Assembly: GCA_002269645.1 (NCBI GenBank)
Contig: NIVC01000482.1
Span: forward strand, 248,001-312,000
Source of the DNA: Macrostomum lignano
Lineage: Eukaryota
DNA length: 64,000 bases
Reading direction: 5' to 3'
In this document: piece by piece, positions 23,993 to 34,260 of the stretch
Layout: every line of letters begins with the position of its first letter
Numbering within the stretch: position 1 is the first letter of the stretch
The notes under the pieces: model-generated
What the model was told of the DNA's origin: nothing
Seen by the model: the letters and a program-made list of their open reading frames with translations, nothing else
The model's database searches: none
Position numbers and translations under genes: made by a program

Positions 23993-25309
23993 CATCCAGC
24001 ATCTGCCAGTGTCACTTGGTGCCCAGCCATCAATCAATTCTTGGTGTGGGACGCCAGTTCAGCGCAATGGCTGAGACAAGCCAGAGTCCTTGCTGTCCTT
24101 GTTGGCACATTGCCACGCTGTCCGCGTCAGAATCGGTGCCTTTACCTGCCCTGTGCGCTAACAGCCGAACAGGCAGCTGTTGCTGCTGAAGAATTGCAAT
24201 CTGACATTCGATTCAGCTGTCAGACTGCCTGTCCTGACCATCCGGCTGACTCCGCCACCATCGCTGAGTATGCCAGGCAGCGTGAACAGAATTACAGTGA
24301 AGCTACAGAAGTTCTGTTAGCCAGGCGTAGGCTGAGGATGACGCCTCACGCGGCTAAGATTGCGGCCGGTCGAGCTGTTAAAAGGCGTAGACAGGAGCAG
24401 AAAATGGAGCACCAAACTGGAAGTAACAAATTAAAAGAACAAAAAACTGAAGTTGAAGCAAAACAACAAACTGTTTCGAAAATGGAAGTTAAAGAAAGCC
24501 ATAAACTCTTGGAAACAAAACCGGAAGTTGAAGGAAACCAAATGCTTGGCGTGGAAGCGAAACCAGAAGTTGAAGGAAACCAAATGCTTGGCGTGGAAGC
24601 GAAACCAGAAGTTGAAGGAAACCAACTGCTAGGCGTGGAAGCAAAACCGGAAGTTGAAGAAAACCAAATGCTTGGCGTGGAAGCAAAACCGGAAGTTGAA
24701 GAAAACCAAACTGCTATTGAAGAACTGGAAGTTGATCTAGAAGCGGAAGCTTTAGCCGAAGGTCTTCCAACCTTAGACAGGGTTCCAATTCACCTGCCGA
24801 CTCGAACCCCGGACTCTTGGCTTCGAAGAGGCGAACTTCTGCCCCATGACTGCGGCGCTGCGCCATCATCGCCGCCAGAAACGGCGCGCAACCGGCTTCG
24901 CTTAAACGTTTGGCGCCAATTATGGCGCCTAGGCTACTATCTGACTAGCGGCGCCGCTAATTTCGGTGCCGATTTCCTGCTCTACCAGGGCGAGCCGTTG
25001 CGCTATCACGCCACGCATCTTGTCCTGTGCTGCCCGTCTGGCTCACTGCCTCCACCTCGGTCGCTCACCTGTCACCTGCGAGTGGCTAACGATGCAAAGA
25101 AATTGCTATTGATTGCCCTGCCAGTTGATAATGGCGCAGGCGTGGCATTTCGCGTGTTCGCCTGGCGCAGAGGCGAAGCCGTGGAGTTGGAGTTGGGCAG
25201 CGAGCAGGAGCGAGACGCTTTGGATGCCATGGAGGCGGCGGCTGCAGCTGCTGCAACTGACGGACGGCTGAATGAGATGGACTGCGATGATGAGGAAGAG
25301 GATCTTTGA
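23993..25309 (+). CDS. TSEN34: tRNA-splicing endonuclease subunit Sen34 (start codon not in this exon)
   Basis: N-terminal LVWD...LVGTLPRCPRQN...LPCAL and C-terminal FGADFLLYQGEPLRYHA...RVANDAKKLLL...AWRR match TSEN34; catalytic Tyr, His and Lys present. In-frame stop at 23969 and no ATG between it and the conserved N-terminal block. Confidence 0.9.
   Translation, partial: HPASASVTWCPAINQFLVWDASSAQWLRQARVLAVLVGTLPRCPRQNRCLYLPCALTAEQAAVAAEELQSDIRFSCQTACPDHPADSATIAEYARQREQNYSEATEVLLARRRLRMTPHAAKIAAGRAVKRRRQEQKMEHQTGSNKLKEQKTEVEAKQQTVSKMEVKESHKLLETKPEVEGNQMLGVEAKPEVEGNQMLGVEAKPEVEGNQLLGVEAKPEVEENQMLGVEAKPEVEENQTAIEELEVDLEAEALAEGLPTLDRVPIHLPTRTPDSWLRRGELLPHDCGAAPSSPPETARNRLRLNVWRQLWRLGYYLTSGAANFGADFLLYQGEPLRYHATHLVLCCPSGSLPPPRSLTCHLRVANDAKKLLLIALPVDNGAGVAFRVFAWRRGEAVELELGSEQERDALDAMEAAAAAAATDGRLNEMDCDDEEEDL
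24513..24720 (+). repeat. 42-bp coding minisatellite in TSEN34 (VEAKPEVEGNQMLG, about 5 copies)
   Basis: Visible in DNA and in the translation; frame-preserving. Confidence 0.9.
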
Positions 25310-25361
25310 GTTGGAGTTGCCTAAGATTTTTTGCCACTGTTCACTAATTATTTGATTTCTT

Positions 25362-26090
25362 CCTATCCGCTCTCTACCCAATGTTCTACTCATCTGATCC
25401 GCTCTCTACCCAATGTTCTACTCATCTGATCCCCTCTCTACCCAATGTTCTACTCATCTGATCCGCTCTCTACCCAGTGTTCTACTCATCTGATCCGCTC
25501 TCTACCCAATGTTCTACTCATCTGATCCGCTCTCTACCCAATGTTCTACTCATCTGATCCGCTCTCTACCCAATGTTCTACACATCTGATCCGCTCTCTA
25601 CCCAGTGTTCTACTCATCTGATCCGCTCTCTACCCAGTGTTCTACTCATCTGATCCGCTCTCTACCCAGTGTTCTACTCATCTGATTCGCTCTCTACCCT
25701 GTGTTCTACTCATCTGATCCACTCTCTACCCAATGTTCTACTCATCTGATCCGCTCTCTACCCAGTGTTCTACTCATCTGATCTGCTCTCTACCCAATGT
25801 TCTACTCATCCGATCCGGTCTCTACCCAGTGTTCTACTCATCTGATCCACTCTCTACCCTGTGTTCTACTCATCTGATCCGCTCTCTACCCTGTGTTCTA
25901 CTCATCTGATCCGCTCTCTACCCAATGTTCTACTCATCTGATCCGCTCTCTACCCAATGTTCTACTCATCCGATCCGGTCTCTACCAAGTGTTCTACTCA
26001 TCCGATCCGGTCTCTACCCAGTGTTCTACTCATCTGATCCACTGTCTACCCAGTTTTCTACTGATCTGATCCGCTCTCTACCCATTGTGA
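25362..26090 (+). repeat. 32-bp minisatellite (TGATCCGCTCTCTACCCAATGTTCTACTCATC)n
   Basis: Period 32 (25381, 25413); lies between TSEN34 and MBD2/3. Confidence 0.97.
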
Positions 26091-26421
26091 ACTTCGTAAA
26101 GTGCATTTATGATTAATGTTTTCTTGCTTGAGGACAGTGTCTGTCAAATCTTCATTGTTGGTCAAGTGTTGTAACACTCACTGCGAATGCAATACACTTG
26201 TCGCATTTTATAATTGGCCAAAAAATTTCCAGTATCTGTAATGAGCGATTGTTTTTACTTTATTTTGTTCTCTAACGGAAAGAATAAATAATGTTTTTCA
26301 TTACCTATTGTCAGCATTTTTGCTAACTTTAAAAAATTCTATCCCAATTTCTGTTTGGATAGAAAAAGTCTTTTTCCTTTGTCTCGAACAAAAGATCCAA
26401 AGATCAACTAAACCAGTTTCC

Positions 26422-28351
26422 ATGGCTACCAACCTCACTTCCGTTGTCGGCCTGCCGCCCGGCTGGAAGCGCGAGGAGTCGCTGAAGCAGTCCGGTTTGT
26501 CCTCGGGCAAGACCGAAGTCTATTATGTCAGCCCCGGCGGCAGGAAGCTGCGAAACCGGGTGGAACTGCAGCGAGCTCTGGGCGATCGATACGATCTCAG
26601 TAATTTCGACTGGCGCACAGGCAGGTTTCACCCCTATGCTAGGCCTCAGCAACACCAGCACCAGCATCATCACCAGCATCATCAACAGGCTTCGTTACAG
26701 TCGGCTGGTCGGATAAAGACTCCAGCCGACATGCTCTCGTCTGCTGCCGCCGCTGCTGCTGCTGCCGCGGCCGCCGCCGCTGCCACCACTTCGCAGGCAA
26801 CCAGTTCGCGATCTGGCGCAGGCGCCGGCTCTTCGGCCTCCAGCCGGGCAGTCACGGATCCGTCGTTGCGATTGCCGGTCAGACAGACCGCTTCTATGCT
26901 GAGGCAGTCGGTGAGTGGCTTTTGCAGCTGATTGCTTTATGGCTATGAGATATGTTGCTTGTAGAAATTGCAAATGCTGACTCAAATTCTGACCAACTGC
27001 TGACCTACATGCTGACCTACATGCTGACCTACATGCTGACTTAAATGCTGACCCAAATGCTGACCTACATGCTGACACAAATGCTGACTCAAGTGCTGAC
27101 CTACTGCTGACCCAAATGCTGACCCAAATTCTGACTCAAGTGCTGACCTACAAGCTGACTCAAATGCTGACCCACTGCTGACCTACATGCTGACCCAAAT
27201 GCTGACTCAAATGCTGACCCAAATGCTGACTCAAATGCTGACCCAAATGCTGACTCAAATGCTGATCCAAATGCTGACTCAAATGCTGACCCAAATGCTG
27301 ACTCAAATGCTGACCCAAATGCTGAATCAAATGCTGACCTACATGCTGTCCTACACGCTGACCCAAATGTTGACTCAAATGCTGACCCACTGCTGACCTA
27401 CATGCTGACACAAATGCTGACTCAAGTGCTGATCTACATGCTGACCCAAATGCTGACCTACACGCTGACCCAAATGCTGACTCAAATGCTGACCCACTGC
27501 TGACCTACATGCTGACCAAATGCTGACTCAAATGCTGACTCAAATGCTGACCTACATGCTGACCCACATGCTGACCCATGAACTGATCCCTTATGCCTGA
27601 CCCATGAACTGATCCCTTATGCCTGACCCATGAACTGATCCCATATGCCTGACCCATGAACTGATCCCATATGCCTGACCCATGAACTGATCCCATATGC
27701 CTGACCCATGAACTGATCCATATGCCTGACCCATGAACTGATCCCATATGCCTGACCCATGAACTGATCCCATATGCCTGACCCATGAACTGATCCCATA
27801 TGCCTGACCCATGAACTGATCCCATATGCCTGACCCATGAACTGATCCCATATGCCTGACCCACATGCTGACTCACGCACCCGCAGGTGGAGCTGGTCCG
27901 CGGCCACCCAGACAGCCGGCGCAACGATCTGCAGCACGGGCCCAAAGACCGGCCCCGCCAGCTATTCTATCACAAGCGATTCGACAATCTGCGCGCCTGC
28001 GACCCGGACACTGGCGAGCCCAGTCCGGAGATTGGCCTGCCGAAGCACCTGCAACCGGCCGGTGGCGGCCCGGTCACCGGCACCGACCAGCTGGTGCTCA
28101 GCGTTGCCGACTGTCTCAGCAGTGTCGGCGGTGGCCACTCCGGCGCTGTAGCCGTTGTCGGCCAGCAGAACTGCAAAGCATTCGAAAAGAATCCGCACGT
28201 GTCCGTGAACCCGGACCAGCCGCTGGTTCGCTATCATCTGGTGTCTGACGACGAGGTCCGCCAGCAGGAGGCCGTGGTGCGCGAGGCTCGTCGAAGGCTG
28301 GCCTTGGCCCTGCGGCTGTTCAAAGCTGGCAGGGAGGCTTCGGCAGCTTAA
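26422..28351 (+). CDS. MBD2: Methyl-CpG-binding domain protein MBD2/3, about 317 aa (exons 26422-26910, 27887-28351)
   Basis: MBD (LPPGWKREE...VYYVSPGGRKLR), LPVRQTASM, PRQLFYHKR, EKNPHVSVNPDQPL and the coiled coil VSDDEVRQQEAVVREARRRLA match MBD2/3; phase-0 GT-AG intron. Confidence 0.92.
26985..27870 (+). repeat. Intronic minisatellites: 12-bp (CAAATGCTGACY)n, then 26-bp (CCCATATGCCTGACCCATGAACTGAT)n
   Basis: Fill most of the MBD2/3 intron and run up to the acceptor. Confidence 0.95.
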
Positions 28352-28375
28352 TGGACTCGCTTTGTTCTCGTATTG

Positions 28376-28628
28376 GTTGCTAAGCAACGGGTTAGTTTGC
28401 TTAGCAACGGGTTAGTTTGCTTAGCAACGGGTTAGTTTGCTTAGCAACGGGTTAGTTTGCTTAGCAACGGGTTAGTTTGCTTAGCAACGGGTTAGTTTGC
28501 TTAGCAACGGGTTAGTTTGCTTAGCAACGGGTTAGTTTGCTTAGCACCGTGTTGGTTTGCTTAGCAACGGGTTAGTTTGCTTAGCAACGGGTTAGTTTGC
28601 TTAGCAACGGGTTGGTTTGCTTAGCAAC
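28376..28628 (+). repeat. 20-bp tandem repeat (TTAGCAACGGGTTAGTTTGC)n
   Basis: About 12 near-identical copies starting ~25 bp after the MBD2/3 stop codon. Confidence 0.97.
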
Positions 28629-29389
28629 GATTATGCTTAGTTTGCATGGCAAATAGAGATGTTATTTAGGAACTGTAGAAGTGCAAAATCCATTCTTGTA
28701 CCAGCTTTATCTGTCTGGCTCTCTAGCCTACCAGCATCCTTCATCCCGTCTTATGCCCTCAGTTATGTTTTTTTGCGTCTGTCTGTCCTGTGTCCCATTA
28801 GCAAGTTTTTGTGTAAATAATTTTGTCATTTGGGGTTTCACTTATAAATGCTGCTTGTACATGTACCGTAATGTGCGAAGCTAATACCGACATCAAGTTA
28901 ATGTTAATTGTCTATTATTGTTGTATGTCTATTAAAAGTACAAAATTAATCTGCCCTTATCCGCTATGGAGCTGATTATTCCCTAAGCTGTTGCTTATAA
29001 ACAAAAATTTCGTTAGCAAATTAATCTGTAATATATTACTTATATAAGTAGCTATGTTTGCTTCCCAGTGAATTTAATACGCCGTTTGCTTATGGTTCAT
29101 TCAGAATTGGCAATTATAAGGTCATAATTTTATGCTGACTTTTTTGTTTAAACTAACAATGTTAATAAAACTGTGTAAGTTATCGCGCTAGCTGTTCCCG
29201 CGAAAATGAAATTATAATTCTGAATTCTGAATGAATGGCGTTTCGTGTTGTTCTTTATTTATGCTTGGTATATATGATCTAGTCAGTTAGAACTGTATGC
29301 TCAGGTTGATTGCTTGTGGTGGATTTTTAAAAAAAATATGGGGAGTATTCTTAAACATACTCTTAGCTCAAGAGTCTACACTGTCTAAT

Positions 29390-30790
29390 CTTCATCTGAG
29401 CCCTTCCCTCACCTTCTCTCTTATCTTGCTCTCCCTCCCTTCCCCTCTCCGTCTCCCTCTCTCCCCGCTCCGTCTCCTCCCCCGCTGTCTCCCTCCCCCC
29501 GCTGTCTCCCTCTCCCCGCTGTCTCCCTCTCCCCGCTGTCTCCCTCCCCCCGCTGTCTCCCTCTCCCCGCTGTCTCCCTCTCCCCGCTGTCTCCCTCTCC
29601 CCCTCTCCGTCTCCTTCTCCCGCTCCGTCTCCCTCCCCCCGCTGTCTCCCTCCCCCCGCTGTCTCCCTCTCCCCGCTGTCTCCCTCTCCCCGCTGTCTCC
29701 CTCCCCCCGCTGTCTCCCTCTCCCCGCTGTCTCCCTCTCCCCGCTGTCTCCCTCTCTCCCGCTGTCTCCCTCTCCCGCTGTCTCCCTCTCCCCGCTGTCT
29801 CCTCCCCCCGCTGTCTCCCTCCCCCCGCTGTCTCCCTCCCCCCGCTGTCTCCCTCCCCCCTCTCCGTCTCCTTCTCCCCGCTCCGTCTCCCTCCCCCCGC
29901 TGTCTCCCTCTCCCCGCTGTCTCCCTCCCCCGCTGTCTCCCTCTCCCCGCTGTCTCCCTCCCCCCGCTGTCTCCCTCCCCCCGCTGTCTCCCTCCCCCCG
30001 CTGTCTCCCTCCCCCCTCTCCGTCTCCTTCTCCCCGCTCCGTCTCCCTCCCCCCGCTGTCTCCCTCTCCCCGCTGTCTCCCTCCCCCGCTGTCTCCCTCT
30101 CCCCGCTGTCTCCCTCTCCCCACTGTCTCCCTCCCCCCGCTGTCTCCCTCCCCCGCTGTCTCCCTCCCCCCTCTCCGTCTCCTTCTCCCCGCTCCGTCTC
30201 CCTCCCCCCGCTGTCTCCCTCCCCCGCTGTCTCCCTCCCCCGCTGTCTCCCTTCCCCCTCTCCGTCTCCCTCCCCCCGCTGTCTCCCTCCCCCCGCTGTC
30301 TCCCTCCCCCCGCTGTCTCCCTCCCCCCGCTGTCTCCCTCCCCCCTCTCCGTCTCCTTCTCCCCGCTCCGTCTCCCTCCCCCCCTGTCTCCCTCTCCCCG
30401 CTGTCTCCCTCCCCCCGCTGTCTCCCTCTCCCCGCTGTCTCCCTCTCCCCGCTGTCTCCCTCCCCCTCTCCGTCTCCCTCCCCCGCTGTCTCCCTCCCCC
30501 CGCTGTCTCCCTCCCCCCTCTCCGTCTCCTTCTCCCCGCTCCGTCTCCCTCCCCCGCTGTCTCCCTCCCCCCGCTGTCTCCCTCCCCCTCTCCGTCTCCC
30601 TCCCCCCGCTGTCTCCCTCCCCCCGCTGTCTCCCCTCCCTCCATCTCCCTCCCCCTCCCACCCTCCGTCTACCTCACCCTCCTCCCTCTCCCACTCCCCG
30701 CGCCGTCTCCTCTCTTCCCTTTTCTCCCTTTTCTCCCTCTCCTTCCCTCCTTCTCTCCCTTTCTCCCCGTCTAACCCTTTCTCTCTTTCC
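29390..30790 (+). repeat. CT-rich minisatellite / low-complexity tract (CCCCCGCTGTCTCCCT-like units)
   Basis: Directly visible; source of the 512-aa and 432-aa spurious ORFs. Confidence 0.96.
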
Positions 30791-30997
30791 CTCTGCCAAG
30801 ATCAATCGAGCAAGCAAAAAACTTTCTTTTCTTAAAAACTTCTTGACGTCTCCAGTATGTGCGCATAAAAAAGTTGCCATGCACCTGCATGATAGGAAGT
30901 TGATTTACAAGCTGACAATTTATGGTGCTATAGAGGGGAACTGAGAGGTACAATACAATACAAGCTAAACCTGTTATTTTCCCGCACCTGGTGACCC

Positions 30998-33498
30998 ATG
31001 CCTGACTACCGGTTCTCCATGGACCAGGTGATCCCAGGCCTGTGGCTTGGCGGTCGCAACGCGGCCAAGAATGCTCAAGTGCTCCGATCCAGACGGGTCA
31101 GCCGCGTTCTAACAGTGGACGATTTGAACCTGCCAGACCGTCTGTTGGAGCAGTTTGACGATGGAGCGCATCGGTTTGTTCGGCTTGAGGATCACGCCAG
31201 GGAGAACCTGCTGGACCGGCTGCAGGAGTGCCTGCAGTTTATTGGCGAAGCCTTGGAAGGCGGGCACAATGTACTGGTGCACTGGTGCGCGCACTCTGCT
31301 GGCTCTGGACGGGAAAAGCTGGGGGGGGGGTTGCTGGGAAAATCGCACAAAATATCCAGCTGCTGAGTTCGCTAGCTGGATGATGCTGATATGCTGATGG
31401 GTTGTCTAGGAGGGTGTGATTAAACCCAGGGGCGTCGCCACCGGAGGGGGACAGAGGGGCATGTCCCACCCAGTAAAAGCTATGGGGGGGACATGCCAAT
31501 GCTTTGTCCCCCCCACCCCCACCTTGTTGACCCGTTACGTTATGGAAATCAATAATTTTGCTTCAGGGCGACAAAACATAACGCCTGCAGCACCAAAATG
31601 AGTGCCTGCAGCACCAAAATGAGTGCCTGCAGCGCCAAAATGAGTGCCTGCAGCACCAAAATGAGTGCCTGCAGCGCCAAAATGAGTGCCTGCAGCACTA
31701 AAATGTGTGTCTGCGGCGCTAAAATGGGGCCTGCGGCGCTAAAATGAGTGCCTGCAGCACTAAAATGAGTGCCTGCAGCACCAAAATGAGTGCCTGCAGC
31801 ACCAAAATGAGTGCCTGCAGCGCTAAAATGAGTGCCTGCAGCACTAAAATGAGTGCCTGCAGCACCAAAATGAGTGCCTGCAGCACCAAAATGAGTGCCT
31901 GCAGCGCCAAAATGAGTGCCTGCGGCGCCAAAATGAGTGCCTGCAGCAACAAAATGAGTGCCTGGGGCGCCAAAATGAGTGCCTGCAGCGCCAAAATGAG
32001 TGCCTGCAGCAACAAAATGAGTGCCTGCGGCGCCAAAATGAGTGCCTGCGGCGCCAAAATGATTGATGACAACACCGATTCGAAAATAATGTACATGTAG
32101 GAATTTAGTCATGTACATGTAGAATACTGTCCCCCCACCATAAAATCCATGGCGACGCCCCTGATGAAACCTTTAATTCCTAATAGTACGATTTCTTGCA
32201 AATAGTTGCGTTGGAGTAAAGATATTCTATTAGTAACATCCTTTTAGGACTAAAAGTACACTAAACATACATAGATAGGGACAACTGCAAGTTTTTCAAA
32301 ACCTTGTCACTAAACCATCTATTGATCAAGCAAAAGCTTGGAAGATACTCGTAAGGGGGAGTTCTAAAGTGATGAAACCTTAGCGTAGAGGAGATAATGC
32401 TAATGTAGAGAGGAATGTACAGATTTATTCGGCTAGCATGACAGCAGCTCTGGCTCTCGTGCCACAACCTCCTGAGTGGCCTGCAATTATTTTTATTAGC
32501 TAGTGTACATCGTCTAATAACGATGTCGACATTGTCTCCCAACCTCGCGTACACACGCTCACACAGGGTCCATCATGTGTGAGAATCGCACGACAAATCT
32601 TCCCCAAGGGCTACTCAAGTAGAAGCTTGACGGGAAACCTCGTTTCCAGGGAAAATTGTAGAAGGCAGGTTTCCGAAAAAATACACTACCGAGATGGCTT
32701 AGCTCATTGGTTTTATAAATCAATTTTGTCATTCTTAGCTGACTGTGTAACAATATGTGTATCAGAGATGATGAAATAGATTCATAAAACCAAAGTCGAG
32801 CTGTGCCATGCATTGTTATGATTATCAATAGAGCTGTAAGAAAGGCACAACATATCAAAAGACGAACATATTGGGTCTGCATGCCTCCTATCGAAAGCAA
32901 TAACAGTTTTTGTGCTGAAAAAATGAAAACCTCCTATCTCGGTAGTGTATTTTTTTGGAAAAGTCTGCCTTTTACAATTTTCCAGGAAACGAGGTTTCCC
33001 TTAAGCTTCTACTTAAGTAGTCCTTGTGGTGTCCTTGCAAATCCGCTAGCCTATTTTCGTATTTCGAGACCAAGGGCCTCGGAGCGAGAGTCGGAAGTGC
33101 TTGCCGCTGAGCTGACCAATCAATCAATCTCAACCATTCCAGTCGGGTGGGCGTCTCTCGCAGCGCATCCGTTGTCATCGCTTACCTGATGCAGAGTCAG
33201 CAGCTGGCCTTTCAATCGGCTTATGATTTGGTCAAAGCAGGCCGGCCTGTCATTGGGTGAGTCTGGCCGTGTTAGCTTTGCTCAGATTTCATCAGACCAA
33301 CCTGTTTCAAAATTCCTTCTCTGCAGACCAAACGACGGTTTTGTAGAACAGCTGCGTCTGTTTGAGCAGATGGGCTGTCAAGTTGACAAAGACCACGCCG
33401 GCTACAAAGAGTTAGTAGAGCGGCTGAAAGAGGAGACTGCAATTTTGGAGAATTCCAAACTACCTGCTCCATCGCCTCGCCAGGGTGACTTAAGTTAG
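30998..33498 (+). CDS. DUSP12: Dual-specificity phosphatase, DUSP12/YVH1-like catalytic domain (exons 30998-31284, 33143-33256, 33327-33498)
   Basis: Splicing rebuilds the active site VLVHC-RVGVSRSASVVIAYLM and GPNDGFVEQLRLFEQMGCQVD...YK; both introns are phase 2; 190 aa if it stops at 33498. Confidence 0.85.
31427..32163. mobile_element. hAT-like MITE family A, copy 2, with internal 21-bp array
   Basis: Perfect 14-bp TIR CAGGGGCGTCGCCA / TGGCGACGCCCCTG; 8-bp TSD ATTAAACC/ATGAAACC; (AAAATGAGTGCCTGCAGCACC)n at about 31581-32060. Confidence 0.9.
32605..33026. mobile_element. hAT-like MITE family B, copy 2
   Basis: About 90-bp imperfect TIRs starting CAAGG(G/A)CTAC; no matching TSD found. Confidence 0.8.
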
Positions 33499-33725
33499 TG
33501 ACTCAAGTGACTCAAAAAAGATTTTCATTTTTTTTATAAAACTGCAATATGATTTCTGTGCTATTTTTTGTTTTTCACGAGTATAAATACATGTACATAT
33601 ATTGTCTGTTGATATCTAAGGGAGCGGTACACCTCCACAGGTAAGGAGGCAATTAAAGTTTAATTGTCACTTATTTTCAGAGTCACTTGATTTTCCGACC
33701 GTGCATTGCTTTTTATCTGCAGGTA

Positions 33726-34090
33726 CTTATTTTTTATTAGAGGCAGGGGGGTTGTGTGCACCCTGGCGCACTTTAAGCGACATAGGCACACATCCGGCGA
33801 GAGGCATTACTGCCCATTCCGCCGACTCCCCTGAGCAGGCATACAAGCTCGCGGATACGTACGCAGGCACACACTCACACAGGAGTGTACAGCGGCCCTA
33901 ACTTTATTTTATCGTTAGGCATGTACACTTCACTGCGCCTTGGGGGGTTGGCTCTCAAGGCCGTTAATTGCACGAGCAGAGCCAAGCCGAGATTCCAATT
34001 CAGCCCCAAATTAATGTGACTGCACTTGGAATTGAGCCTGGGTCGCTGGCACACCAGAGCAGCTGCGCTACCGCTGGGCTACGGCCCCCC
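33726..34090 (-). mobile_element. tRNA-derived SINE
   Basis: Minus-strand head GGGGCCGTAGCCCAGCGG (A box) ...GGCTCAATTCC (B-box-like); A-rich tail with AATAAA; 10-bp TSD TCTGCAGGTA (33716-33725, 34091-34100). Body resembles 47700-47820. Confidence 0.8.
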
Positions 34091-34260
34091 TCTGCAGGTA
34101 TTTACTTGATGGATGAAGTTTCTATCATTCAAAAATAAATTTCCAAGAAAATACAGTTACATTCATTTTGCTAGCAGAACAGTATCTCAAAGGGTGAAAT
34201 GAGTTAATTTAAATCAGGATTATTTTCTTTCAATTTATTATTTTCTTAAATTTATTTTAG

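Noticed and set aside
25362-26090. 32-bp regular repeat as a CRISPR array
   Set aside because: Units are directly adjacent with no unique spacers, there are no cas genes, and the context is eukaryotic. The same applies to the 31- and 34-bp arrays.
26416-26429. X-box-like GTTTCCATGGCTAC over the MBD2/3 start codon
   Set aside because: Easily produced by an ordinary CCATGG start context; single occurrence.
29297-30835. 512-aa Pro/Ser/Leu ORF and antisense Gly/Arg/Glu ORFs
   Set aside because: Low-complexity CT-rich minisatellite that lacks stop codons by composition.
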